From: Pavona decussata
Lineage: Eukaryota
Assembly (NCBI GenBank): GCA_977016875.1
Contig: CDRNST010000091.1
Span: 2,046,001-2,110,000 of the forward strand
Length of the DNA: 64,000 bases
Direction of reading: 5' to 3'
The notes under the pieces were generated by a model that was not told where the DNA came from, ran no database searches, and saw only the letters and a list, made by a program, of their open reading frames with translations. The stretch's first letter is position 1. The number at the start of each line of letters is the position of its first letter. The translations under genes and the position numbers were made by a program. Below are positions 24,615-36,555 of this stretch, piece by piece.

Positions 24615-25451
24615 CATTCTGTTCCTTGCTAACTAGTTTGCTTTTAACTATGAGGAGCACTGAGGTTTGTATCAATAAAAAGACAACTCCAGCTTCGCTT
24701 CCACTCAAAGGCTAGGTTACTAAGCACATAACTGTAAAATAAGTGATTGGCCCATACGATTGGCAATAAGGGCACTGCGTGCGTTTCAAGTAGGACTGTG
24801 TGGCTCTCCTTATCTGGTCGAAAATGGAGATGTTTGGTTCATAGCAGAAAGGGAACAGGAGACGAGAGATGTCATGGCAACCCCAAATGGATGTGATTTT
24901 GTGTCTTACTTGGCGTACATTATTGGTGCCAATTTTGAATAAGATCACTCCAATATTTTTATTTTGAGATCTTTCTTCATTGGGGTGCGATTTGTGACGT
25001 CATCAACTTTTGAACAAAAATTTTTAATATCTGCGGAAAAAGAGAAGATATTCAAAAAAAAAAACACCATTCTTATTCTCTTTGAAAGGCCTTTCAAATA
25101 GGTAAAACTTATTTTTCACTTCATGAGCACTTTAATGGCTGGAAGCTCTCTGCTTCCTCAATGTCCCCAGGTAGATTGTTCCATAAGCTGATTACCCTGA
25201 TAAAAAAAGAACGTTTATACCAGTTTAGTCTCTCAGGTTTAATATTAAGTTAATTGTACGAGTGATTAGCTCTGCATAGTGGACTGCTCTGTGTCACACA
25301 AAGATTGCTTCGCTCAACAATCTAAAGTACGCTGAAACAGAATTATCAGATGTGGATAAATACTCAAATTTTATTTCATTCAGTGCACTTGTTGCACCCT
25401 GTGCTGTAAAATTTAGACTCAACCGCCTGAATAGCAGTCTATCACGGAAGG

Positions 25452-26091
25452 CGGATAGGATTGATAACAATAAATATCAAAAATGGTTTTAAAAGAGACT
25501 CAGACGTTTCGGGTATATAACCCTTCTTCAGTGTGGAGAAAACCGTTGAATTACGCTACCGGACACACGTGCACATATGAATAGCATATGAATATCCTGT
25601 AAACGATGCCCTACTATTCTTTGGTGAAACCGGGCGGAGCCTTAGGATTCTTTTTAGCGAACTCTTACGAAGTATCCGCAACAGCACTCATGGATACCCT
25701 GTGGCCCAAATTTTAACCACACAGGTCACAGTATTTCAGATATCCGGATGTGGGGTATACAGTTATGCAATGGGACAAACCTCCAGCGCAGGCAGCGTGA
25801 AATGAGGTTGATTTTCCAACTTGGAACTGTTCAGCCGGATGGACTTAACGTCAATTTTAGCTAAATTGAATTGTAACTTTTAATGCGTGAGCGCGTTTCT
25901 ATTCATATGCGCGCGTGTGTCCGGTAGCGTCAACGGTTTTCTCCACAATGAAGAAGGGTTATATATATCTGAAACGTCTGTGTTTCTTTCAAAACCATTT
26001 TTGACACTTTTTGATATTTATTGTTATCAATCCTATCCGACAACATTTTCAAGTGTCACGCATCTCCAAGGAACTTCCTTTCACCGTTCAT
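25452..26091 (+). mobile_element. Penelope-like element remnant (GIY-YIG C-terminus + pLTR, with an inverted partial 5' pLTR)
   Basis: Frameshifted GETGRSLR…RSIRNSTHGYPVA…REMRLIFQLGTVQPDGLNVNFS*; 25452-25585 is the reverse complement of ~25899-26039; flanking repeat TATC(A/T)CGGAAGG; absent in copy 1 near 19015. Confidence 0.85.
25498..25536 (-). ncRNA. Minimal type-I hammerhead ribozyme motif in the Penelope pLTR
   Basis: Minus strand: CCACA-CTGAAGA-A-GGGT tatat ACCC-GAAA-CGTC-TGAG. Confidence 0.65.
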
Positions 26092-27599
26092 TATCTCGGA
26101 AGGTGCATGAGAATATCCACTATTAAACATGAAGGGATTGCATAACACAAGAACTTTTGAGGACCATAAGTTCCTGCATTAAGTTTGTATACGATAAGTT
26201 CGGAAATTGCCAGAAGAGTTTGATTTATGCATATTGCATGGTAGATTGTTCTCCAAATCTCGAGCAAGAGAAACTTCTTGCTTGTGACCAAGAAGGAGGC
26301 CAAAAGGCGGAGAAAAACTTGTGGGCTGTCATAAAACAGCAGGTTTTAACTTCCAAAAGAAGAAGGTTAAGTCACAGTTACTTCCCACTGCACTCATCTC
26401 CAACAGATTACCTTATCGCCGGGTTCAGTTCACATCAACGAGGAATTTTTCACCTTTTGCTTCTTCGCAGCAAGAATGACGTGATACCAACTGTAAAAGA
26501 TTTTTGGTTTTGTACATTTACGATGCAGGTACGTATTACAGTTTCCATTCTTGTTTAACTGTTTTCAATTTTCTCATTTTCTTTAAACGAGAGAAAATCA
26601 TTAGAACGTGCTGGCAAGAGGGATTTTCGCTTTTGTGATTTTAAATTAACGTCTTGCCTTTGCCAAAAGGGTCTTCATAATTGCTTGTTTTATTCTCTAT
26701 ACAATGTTTAGCTTTTGCTGATTAACTCGTAAGAGTGCACGTGCTCAAAACAGGATCATTTTCAAGAGGAAAAACGAGGAAAATGAAAAACATCAAACAT
26801 TTTGGTAGCTCTCACCAGGGGCTCCCGAGGAGAACACTTAACCACAATAGTGGCCTTTAAAGGCTTGTTTGTGTAAACTAATATAGTTTGATCTAGCTGT
26901 TCGGATTCTTTAGCTCAAAATTTTAGTTGCAGAAGGGTTTACGACATGTAATCTTCTTTCCCGAATTTACGAGGTGTTGGTTAGCTTTATGAAAATAAAA
27001 GCTGACCTTACTTCGCATTTCAATCGAGATATTTGGCTTGAACATCCGAAAACAAAAGGAATTAGTTTTTCAGTGTTGTGAAATTTTGAGCTGACATTTT
27101 GCTGAAGAAAACTTTAAATGTTCTTTAAAACTAAATCCGAATTTCTGAGGCGATCAAGGCCTTCTCAACAGACCTTCACCGAAATGAACCGTTGCCCTCC
27201 ACCCCCTCCCCCTCCGTTCCACCTAAATGGTCAAACCTTTACGATTTCATGAACAGATTCAAACGTTCTCTCCAGATTGATTTTCAAAACCGATTTCAAG
27301 CTTACTTGCTACACGATGCGAAACGAAAGCCAAACGTTTCCCCATGAGAGTAGATTCCCCTTAATTTCATAAGAAACATTTCGCTACCACCTGAATTTTA
27401 TATCTATATATTTTAGCCTTTCGTAGGTAGCATAACCCTAAAATGCCTCAGCAAAGTCTGGCAAGGCATCATTACAAGTTTTATGCAAAAGATTGTCTCG
27501 CGTCGCGCTTTAAAAAAGAGGCATAATGCAATCGTAGCTCTAGCATTGAACAAGGCTAGTTATATCGCTGCTTTTATGTTATTTCATTAACTTGTTCCA

Positions 27600-28044
27600 T
27601 TATCCATGGGCAATAGGAAACATGGGTTTCGACTAAGCAAATTATAATATTACATTTATCTCAAATACAGTTGAATTACTCACAATGAAATAGTCTTAAG
27701 TCTTTTCTGGTCGTTTCCCCCCATTTATTTCTTGTAGAATAGCCCTGCTTAACAAGTAACAACGCGCCGTTTGACTCAGTACAAATTTAGCCTGCACTTT
27801 TTAGTGTTAACGCTCACGCGCTTAGCGGCTGTGCCTGGGGTTTCAATAACATGGCACGGTTACCAAGACTTAACGAATGAAGGCTGGCGATATAAGAATG
27901 TTATGGCTATTCTACAAGAAATAAATGGGGAGAAACGACCAGAAAAGAGAAAAGACTACTTCATTGTGAGTAATTCAAATTAATTTAAAATAAATGTGAT
28001 CTTTATTTAGTCGAAACCCATGTTTCCTATAGCCCATGCATAAT
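27600..28044. mobile_element. Long-TIR fold-back element immediately upstream of gene 3
   Basis: Arms of ~140 bp (…CATGGGCAATAGGAAACATGGGTTTCGACTAA / TTAGTCGAAACCCATGTTTCCTATAGCCCATG…); absent from copy 1. Confidence 0.8.
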
Positions 28045-28135
28045 CGTGTTAATCTATGCACTGCTATTTTCTTCAAGGTAATGTGGTATCTGTTCACTTT
28101 GTAATGAAATAAAAAAGATATTTCGCTCATACAAC

Positions 28136-31100
28136 ATGGCTTTCAGAATATTACCGATGCTGTTTCTGGCGATGTTCTTCTGTCTTGGTGAGTATAGCGT
28201 GTAACGACGCCAGCTTATCAGCTTGTAAACATGTACTTTATATGGGAAGCAAGGAGCAGAAAAAGCCGGCGAGCGAAGCAAGTAAAACGCGGACGGAGAG
28301 AGTGGGGAGAATGAGGCACTTTTTCCCCAGTCCGTGCTCGGCTCGCTCNNNNNNNNNNNNNNNNNNNNNNNNNNNNNNNNNNNNNNNNNNNNNNNNNNNN
28401 NNNNNNNNNNNNNNNNNNNNNNNNNNNNNNNNNNNNNNNNNNNNNNNNNNNNNNNNNNNNNNNNNNNNNNNNNNNNNNNNNNNNNNNNNNNNNNNNNNNN
28501 NNNNNNNNNNNATAACACGGGGAGTGCTTTTGCAATCTCCTAAGCCAGAGGCCCATGATAAAGTGCTTCATAATAATCCGGATCAAATATAATTGGAAAT
28601 TGGAAATTTTATGTTTTTGAGGAGAGCGAAAAACCAGGAAAAACACCTGTCTGAGCGTCTGAGCATGGACGAGAACCAACAACAAACTCAACCCATATAT
28701 AACGCCGAGCCCGGGGATTAAACCAGGGCCACATCGGTGGGAAGAGAGTGCTCTCACCACTGCGCCATCTCTGCTCTCCAAGATGTGATAACTCTAAAGG
28801 GTGCGCAATAGTATACAAAAGCCACACTTGTAATCAATTTCTTACTCATAACCTTGATCCGAAGATTGTTAATATTGGTCAAATGGCGTCCACTGATTTC
28901 ATCTCGCCTCTTTTTTTATGCGAACGTTTGGTTTTATCAACAGAATTACAAATTTTGACTTTGAGTGTTTGTGAACGACAACTCACAATTAGCAGTAGAA
29001 ACAATATAAAATATGATATAAAAGTTTTAATCGGCTACAGAACAAGCGTATACTAAACGCTCATGTCAATTTTGTCATTACACTTCTAGCTACAGCGGAG
29101 CAAGAAAACCACCGCAAGAACATCCAGATTCTTTTCCTTCCAGCAGACGTCATGAGAAACATGCGCAAAAACCATACAGAAAACGAATTGCTCCCAGGCT
29201 TACCAGGCCAAGGTGCTAAGCCCTGGATCCCTGTCCGCCTCCCTGGTAACAAGACACGTTTATTTGAAATTCGCATCAATCCACTCTTGGCTCGTAAGCT
29301 TCACCTCAGCTTACAACATTTCAGCATCGGTCACGGCTATGGCCTGCTTTTAGAGTTGAAAAACGTGTCCCTTTCATCAAAAGGACAAACCGTTTTGGAC
29401 AAGCTGGTAGAGTTTTACAAAAACTGTGGCGGAAAAGAAAAGTTTTCTCGTTTAAACATGACGCAAAGGATACGCAGGCCACGTCCCTCTCTGATGCTAT
29501 CCGGAAACATTGCGCTAATGAAACGTATTCAAAACGCGCTTAAGCATTTTTCGCCAAAGCGTCTTGAGGGCTTGACGGACGTTTTGAAACACAACAATTC
29601 GAGTGGTGTAGCACTCCACCTTATCCCGTTGACTGGCATGCGACAGAAAGTGAATAAACTAATAAAACGAACGATGGCGACCAGGGGCTGCGTTAAGATC
29701 AAGACTAATGCATTGACGCATGCGCTGGAGGTGTTCAGGAGAACAATAGAGAGCAATAGAAACATAACGAGGGTGAACAAGAATGAAAGTACCAACCTTG
29801 GTCACGGGAATGATGCACGCAAAACGGATATCCATGAAAACAACAACAATAACACCATTAACAACGGCAGCAACAATCATAATAGCAATAATAACACCAA
29901 TAGCATCAATATCCTTGGCAACAACAACAACAACAACAACAAAAACAATAGCAACAACACCAATAAGAAAAGCAATGAAGAAGTCAAAGAAAGAAAAGAA
30001 CTGTCGTTTCCTCGTGACCTGAAGTCTTTTAGTATACACCCAGAAAGCAAAATGAATTTTGCATCTTCTTCTGCTATAAGCTCCACCGGTAATACTGCAG
30101 TAACCAAAATTGTGTCTGCTCTCTCCAGTCCCAGGAAGATGATTACCCATGTGCCGCTGAGCGGTGCTAACAAGAAAGCGAGCCAATTGCTGCTTAAGAA
30201 GAAGGACGAGGCCACGAGCCTTGAGAGCAGCGAAGAAGAAAATAGAGCTCATGTCAACACCTTTACCAACGATATAAGCAGCGTCAACGGTAAGATGAGT
30301 GACGAGATGGGGTTTGAGTTAAGTGAAGTAAAGAACGTGCCTAATAAGATGGTTATCGACACTGAATTTGATGACAAGCAGAGGAAGAGCAACGCAAGCG
30401 ACAGCTACAATGACGGAAATGTCGACGACACCGGTAGCTGGAATGGCCAGGAGAAAAATGGTGCAAAGGCATCGAAGATGAAAACTAGTCAACAAGATTT
30501 ATTTACGAGCAAAGCGAAAAAGGGGAACGATTCAATAGAAGTTCAAAGAAATGGTTCGAAAATTCTAGCCGGATTCGGTGGAAATGACCGTAATACTCGA
30601 CCTGTCAATCAAACTGTCAATCCTTTTCAAACTGTCAAGGGCTCAAAAGGGATCAAAGACAGTAAAAATATACTTGCACTTAGTGGACCTCCCGAACAAA
30701 CCACTACGATCAATAATAAACAGAGCAGAAAGGAGCCTCCAGTAACTTTCTACTACAAGCCAAAGAGGTTAAAGCTGCATTTCAAAGGCAGAGAGTATGC
30801 GAAGGAGGACCACAATGAAGATGACTTGGACAGCGAGAGTTATGAAGGCGAAGGACGATTTTTGAAACTGGTTCACATGCGAAGCCGCAAGCCACGTGTC
30901 AAGGGAATGAAGCCACAAGACGAGCGAAATGAACAGGGTGAAATTACGAAACAAGATAACCTTGAAAAACAGAATAATAACCAGCACAGAAAATTTGGCG
31001 ACTCCCCAATTGATGCAAGCTACGATGGTAACGTAGACAATACGAAACTTCCCTTAGAAGGGGAGTTTCGAAGGCTTGGAGCCCACGGTTTAGGGTCCCA

Positions 31101-33796
31101 CAAACCAAAGTTAAAGAGGTTAAAGCTGCATTTTAAGGGTAGGAAATACCCGAAGGTCAAGGAAGGCAATGACGAGGATGATTTGCACAGTGAAAGTTAC
31201 GAAGGCGAAGGACGATTTGTGAAGCTGATTCACATGCGAAGGCGTAAGCCACATTTCAAAGGAATGAAGCTGCAAGGCAATCTAGATGAACAGGGTAAAC
31301 CTGAAAACCAGAATAATAACCAGCACAGGAAGTTTCACGACTCCACAGTGGATGCGAGTTACGATGGTAACGAAGACAACATGAAAGTTCGGTTAGGAGG
31401 GAACGTTGTTAGGCTTCGAGGCCACAGTCACGCATCGTTCATTCACAGGCGCAAGAGACCCAAAATTCGTGTTGTCTTATATGACAATAATGAAGAAGAG
31501 GAAAAGGAACGACACAATCAAAGCTGGCGCAACGGCAAGAGCGAAAAATTAGCAGAGAAAATTCACGAAGATGACTACGAGACCGAGTCGGAACCCATGG
31601 ACAGTGAAAACGTAGGGAATTATGAACAAGATAACTCAGATTCTGATGTGTCTGACAGTATTGGAAATGATGATAGCAGCCACCTTGGACGAGGCAAGAG
31701 CGCCGGTGAAGTGCCTGACTTGGAGCCCTATCTTAGGAAAAACTTCGGTTAGTATATCGTGTATTAGTATAACACGGTGATCAACGAAAGGGACATGTAG
31801 GGTTGTTCCTAGAATGGATACCCCAAAAGAAGGCTGGACACCTTATGGTGTAATGTAATATTCTTAATCGTGATAGCCCTGACGTAGAAGACAACAGAAG
31901 CCGATTCGTTAGACAGAGAACTGAGAGAATAGAGTTCCATTTAGGCAAGGAATATCCGTTTTGGGGGGTTTAGCACTGTTCTACACTATTTAGGCCTTAG
32001 CATTGTCATTTGTTGTCATGTCGTAAGTTATAAATTACTATTTTCGTCAGCTAGCCTAGCTCTTTGTTCTAGTGAATATGGATAGAAGGTATCAAGCAAA
32101 TAACCCTGGTTCGAGACCTACACTAACTTGACTTTTTTAAACTTCATTTTACCGTTCGTAAGATTTCTATTGTGTAAACATCATAAGGTGGCCAACCTTG
32201 TTTTCAAGTATCCATTCTAGTATCAACTGGACGTCTAGTTTTCGATAGAACGTCATGGGTACGCGCGCAAGAAAACTTGCCGATCTTACAAACCAACTAG
32301 CTAGAAAGAGACTATTTTTTTCTGAATTTCTTTCTTGAATAGATTGGTTACTGGGTTATGGGTTATGCTAAAACAATCAGACGGCTCTCTCTGTTTCTAT
32401 CGGCTTTAATGGTTGGCTTGGGGCTTGGCCTCTAGACAACTATCAGACGAAACAGCTTGCCGCCTAATTGTTAGATATAGAGGACAAATTCATAAGCCAC
32501 ATTGACGAAAACGGCGTCGGTTTTTACCAGTCCTTCTTTCTCGGGTTCCCCAAATGTACTTATAGGCGCGTTCTTTGATGACCCCCCCCCCCCCCCCAGC
32601 CCCTTTTTTGCAAGTTGTCTCGTGCCAACTCTGTGACTACAAATCACATGCTCGCATTTATGAACCAGCTACAACTTCAACTTGGTTTGTTCACGATTTT
32701 GTCGCGATTCCAGTGCGATGTCACTGCAATTTCTAGTATCCGGGTTTTAAGTAGATAACATTGACCAAACTGCAAGGAGGTCTTTGTTTGTCATAGACAC
32801 ACTTGAGGGCGAAAAAAGGGATTAAATTAAATAAAGAAAATTGAACAGAGATCGCGTGTGTAAACGGTTGGGAGCTGGTCATTGTGTGAATTCGTAATAT
32901 AGCTGTAGAGGTAAAGATAATTATATGAAATCCATGTATTCCAAATGCAAAAGAAAGAACTATTAAATGGAACTGAGCCATCACAATTATGTTCGTTTGC
33001 AGCTTTTTGGTTTCAGGATATTTTTCGCAGTTGCTTACGTTGCGTGCATTACCGCGGTGGTTTATCATTTATTAACTCTTTTATCCGCTGCTCAAAATAT
33101 GAGAATTTCATATAGTTAATTTCCATCTGTCTTGTTTTTCATTCAGAGGACGAGGAAAACGAGGAGAGCAGAGAAATCAAGTTGTACACAGATCAGGATG
33201 TTGAACTGGGAAACACCATAGCTAAAGCAACCAGTAGCACGCCAAAACAGGGTGATGGTGCAATACTCGAGGAGCCAACGATGAAATTGGTTGGCAATGA
33301 GTACGAAGAACCAGGGAGAGATCCCATTCAGAAACTGCCATTTAAAATGCAAGAAGATTCGGAGGGGCTTGGCACTAGTCTCCCTAGAGATCCGCCCCAC
33401 AATGCGTTTGGGCAACATGATATGGATGTGTCAGCAAACTCAGTGATGCCACCGGATGAATCACTTTCGTTTCCTGAAACTGCACAGCAGTCTCCAATGA
33501 CAGGCACGTCGGAGACGGCAACACCTGACACCGCAACATTTTCAGATGATAATTATCAACCCAGCGAAACAACGCAAATGGCTGATTCGACGCCGTTCCC
33601 ACAGGACAGCCTCAGTATGACACCACAGCAGACTAGCGAACCGAATGTTGGTACTCAGTCTATGACTTCCGACATGCAGCCTGGGGAGATAAGAGCGGTG
33701 ATTTCCGGTCGCACGAAAATGGCGCCAAAAGCTGGCTTCAGGAAGACGGTGAAAAGTAAAGGTCCCGGAGTAAAGAAAAAACATTCCGACAAATAG
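28136..33796 (+). CDS. Gene 3: predicted secreted ~1119-aa protein (N-terminal domain, poly-Asn tract, two ~110-aa internal repeats, acidic Ser/Thr/Pro-rich tail, basic C-terminus)
   Basis: Exons 28136-28187 (MAFRILPMLFLAMFFCL, G|GTGAGT), 29090-31747 (ORF 29152..; donor G|GTTAGT), 33147-33796 (ORF 33182..). Phase-1 introns; 3360 nt in frame. Confidence 0.82.
28349..28511. other. Assembly gap
   Basis: Run of N. Confidence 1.
30757..31425 (+). repeat. Two ~340-bp intragenic repeats in gene 3
   Basis: KRLKLHFKGR…SESYEGEGRF.KL.HMR.RKP..KGMK…QNNNQHRKF.DS..DASYDGN.DN occurs twice (starts ~30757 and ~31102). Confidence 0.9.
31809..32220. mobile_element. MITE
   Basis: TIRs CTAGAATGGATAC / GTATCCATTCTAG. 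Confidence 0.6.
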
Positions 33797-34859
33797 AGCG
33801 GATAAAAAGGAATTTAAGCAGCTGCTATGGACACAGCAATGACAACGACAACGTCACAAAACGATAAAACGACCATGTCAGTAAATATTTCATTCAGGGG
33901 CACCCAACGCGAACATTTAAACAAAATCTAGCTTAAATTAAAATGTTGTCTCCTGTGTTCCCAGATCGTGTTGTTCCCTTTCTTTAAAAGCATATTTGTG
34001 TAAGCTGATACAGTTTGATCTCTTCAGATACTTCAGCTGAAAATTTAAGTTGCAGAAAATTTTAGGAAGTGGAATCTCATGCCACAACTTAACGAGCTAC
34101 TGTTGGCTTTACAGAAAACCAAGCTGACCTTCTTTCGCATTTTTAATGACATATTTGTCCCTCCGATAAAAAAGGAATTAGTTTTCCAGTGTTACGACTG
34201 AAACTTTGGGCTAACATATCGTCGAAGATATCTTAATATTTTCTTTGACGGCTAAATCCAAATTTCTGAGGGAATTAGGGTTTTTTGAAAAGAAATTTAC
34301 TGAAAAGAATCGCTGGGTGCCCCTATATCATCGTCTGGATAAACCAAATATCAAGAATTGAAATTAAAGTAGAAGACTCAATACTGAATAAGTGTTCGCT
34401 GAAGAGGAAGAAAATAATTACCGGAAATAGTCAATTGTTTGATGCAGTTATATTTGTAGCAGTGCAATAAAAATTTAAAAATTTAAACTCATACAACGTT
34501 TCTGCTGCGCGTGTCTGTATAAAGATGTTGCGTTGCAACATTGCACGCAACCTCGCGTCCAGGGCTTTTCCTTGTAAATTTACAAGCGAAAGACCTTAGG
34601 AACGAGGTTATAGCACGTGACCCTAGGCAAGATAGATGTTTATGTTGTAGTTGTCAGCTGTTTGACATACAAACGAGGCAATTGGATCATTGACACTTCC
34701 TCGCCTTGTTTGCGTGCCTTTTTTAAGCAAAAGAATATTTAACCGCAGGCTTCGTGAACAAACGTTTGTCTTTGAGCCCATCCGGCATCATTACGTTTAC
34801 CACGTGCATTTGGTAGACAGTTGACCTCGCGGTAGCTGTTCTACTTTTTGCTGTGCTAC

Positions 34860-34904
34860 ACCGTGCTGACGAGAGCCAACCAGCTCGAAACAACTGTCCA
34901 CGGT
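34860..34904 (+). ncRNA. Type-I hammerhead ribozyme motif (Penelope/retrozyme type)
   Basis: ACCGTG-CTGACGA-GAGC caacca GCTC-GAAA-CA ac TG-TC-CACGGT: intact core, 6-bp stem I, 4-bp stem II, GUC cleavage triplet. Confidence 0.85.
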
Positions 34905-36555
34905 TGCATTTTTGGATTCTAGGTTTGGTCTCTATAATGTCGCTGTCGCGTTAAGTTTACTACGCAGTCAGATCAGCCTTGCAGTTGAGCCACTCAACTG
35001 TAATAACCTTGGGCCCATGAGATCGAATGATGAACATGGGTTGTAAAATGAGTGCAATTTTATTACGTTTCAAATTGGTAGGGGTGTGGGGCTCGGTTCT
35101 CTAAACCCTTACAGTATTTCAGGCCAAAATTTGCAATTTTCCGGTACCCTCAGGCCTTTGCAGACCTAATTTTCATACCCATGCATTTTGCCGAGGATTG
35201 ATTTCTAGAATCCATACCCATCTTCAGACTTTCAGACCAAAATGGTTAAAATCTATAGCCCTTTTTCACACAAAAACGGCTCAATAACCATACTCTTTGG
35301 TGTCGCACATAACTATATAGCTTATACAGGGATTATCCCCCACGCCGATATCGAACTAAATTCACATTGTAAAATGAAGTTTTTATTATTACAGCGATAG
35401 TGATAAATGTTTAATGTTTAACTAGTGTACATGACATAGCTTGTAAAACGGTTTATACCTGAGATACATGTAGGTGAAAAAAAGACTATAAATTATTCAT
35501 GACCAACGTTCATTTCGTCATTTGAGGCCGTCCGGGGACAAAGTTTTACCTCTCTCTATTAAAATACCTGGGAATATTGAAAGCGATAAAAGATGTCATT
35601 TTAGTCTTAAAAAATTAAAATCCACGCTTTGGAATAAGCGCCCCACCCGGGCGGTTATTCGAGGATTGATCTGGTCAGATAACTAAAATTCTTGAGATAT
35701 CAAAATATAAACAGCAAACTGACAGAATATGCACATAATCCCGTTACGCGGCTCACTATGGCAACTTGTCGCTTGTGCATAAAATGTGTGAAACGTAAAT
35801 TAAACTCTACCGCTATTTTGCATCATCAGTTATGTCAGAAATTGACCAATTGGCTTCCTCAAAAGCCGCAAGGTGACAAATATTTGGTCGCCCATAAGCC
35901 GTGTGGCAAAAGTGTCCTTGCCCCAGCCCGTTTGGGATCTTACAATTACAGCGATAGTGACTTTTAAATCTCTCCCAGACAATATGATATTTTAATTATA
36001 TCAGCGCCTATTTAAAATTGTCGACTCCGTTTGGCACTATTTTGGCTCGTTTTCGTTCTTTTTTTGGACTCTTTCGATGCACGACTAATATTCCCCCTGG
36101 GAACCCGAGAAGGCAAATTTTTGAACGAGGCCTCGTAGTATTTCTTCCTACAACCATTGATGAATCACTCAAATTATCGCCGTTGTTTTATACCTGCGGC
36201 ACAAAATTAATTATAGCTCCAGAACCGTGTCTTTTTAACGCTATTTGAATGATATAAGAAGACAAAGAGACTTGACAGGGGACTCGTGATTCAGAAATTC
36301 CAAAGCTCTTTTGTAATTGCCCGCCCAAGCTTGGAGAATTTTGCACCAAACGATCGGACATTGGAACTGTTTTGAAACGACCCGCTTCACTGTCACGCGT
36401 TCTGCTTGGACATACACACAAGTTTTTGCCATTGGCCCGTTCCAGCTAGTCGTCCAAGATCCGAGCGCAATTTGTAAACTTTTGATTAGCCCAGAGTGAA
36501 TTTGATCCGCGTTTATCAGGCTGCGTTTTGAGTATAAACAAAGCCACCTCGAAAT

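Larger units (their letters stand above)
22607..29709. repeat. Tandem segmental duplication, copy 2
   Basis: Collinear with 15936-22609, with copy-specific insertions (22716-23105, 23896-24218, ~24320-24614, 25452-26091, 27600-28044) and lacking ~17030-18340. Confidence 0.92.

Noticed and set aside
27771-27983. ORF with a signal-like start as first exon of gene 3
   Set aside because: TTG start inside the fold-back transposon and absent from the paralog; the ATG exon at 28136-28187 is conserved in both copies.
29659-30252. Minus-strand poly-Val/poly-Leu 'membrane protein' ORFs
   Set aside because: Antisense shadow of the (AAC)n poly-Asn tract of gene 3.
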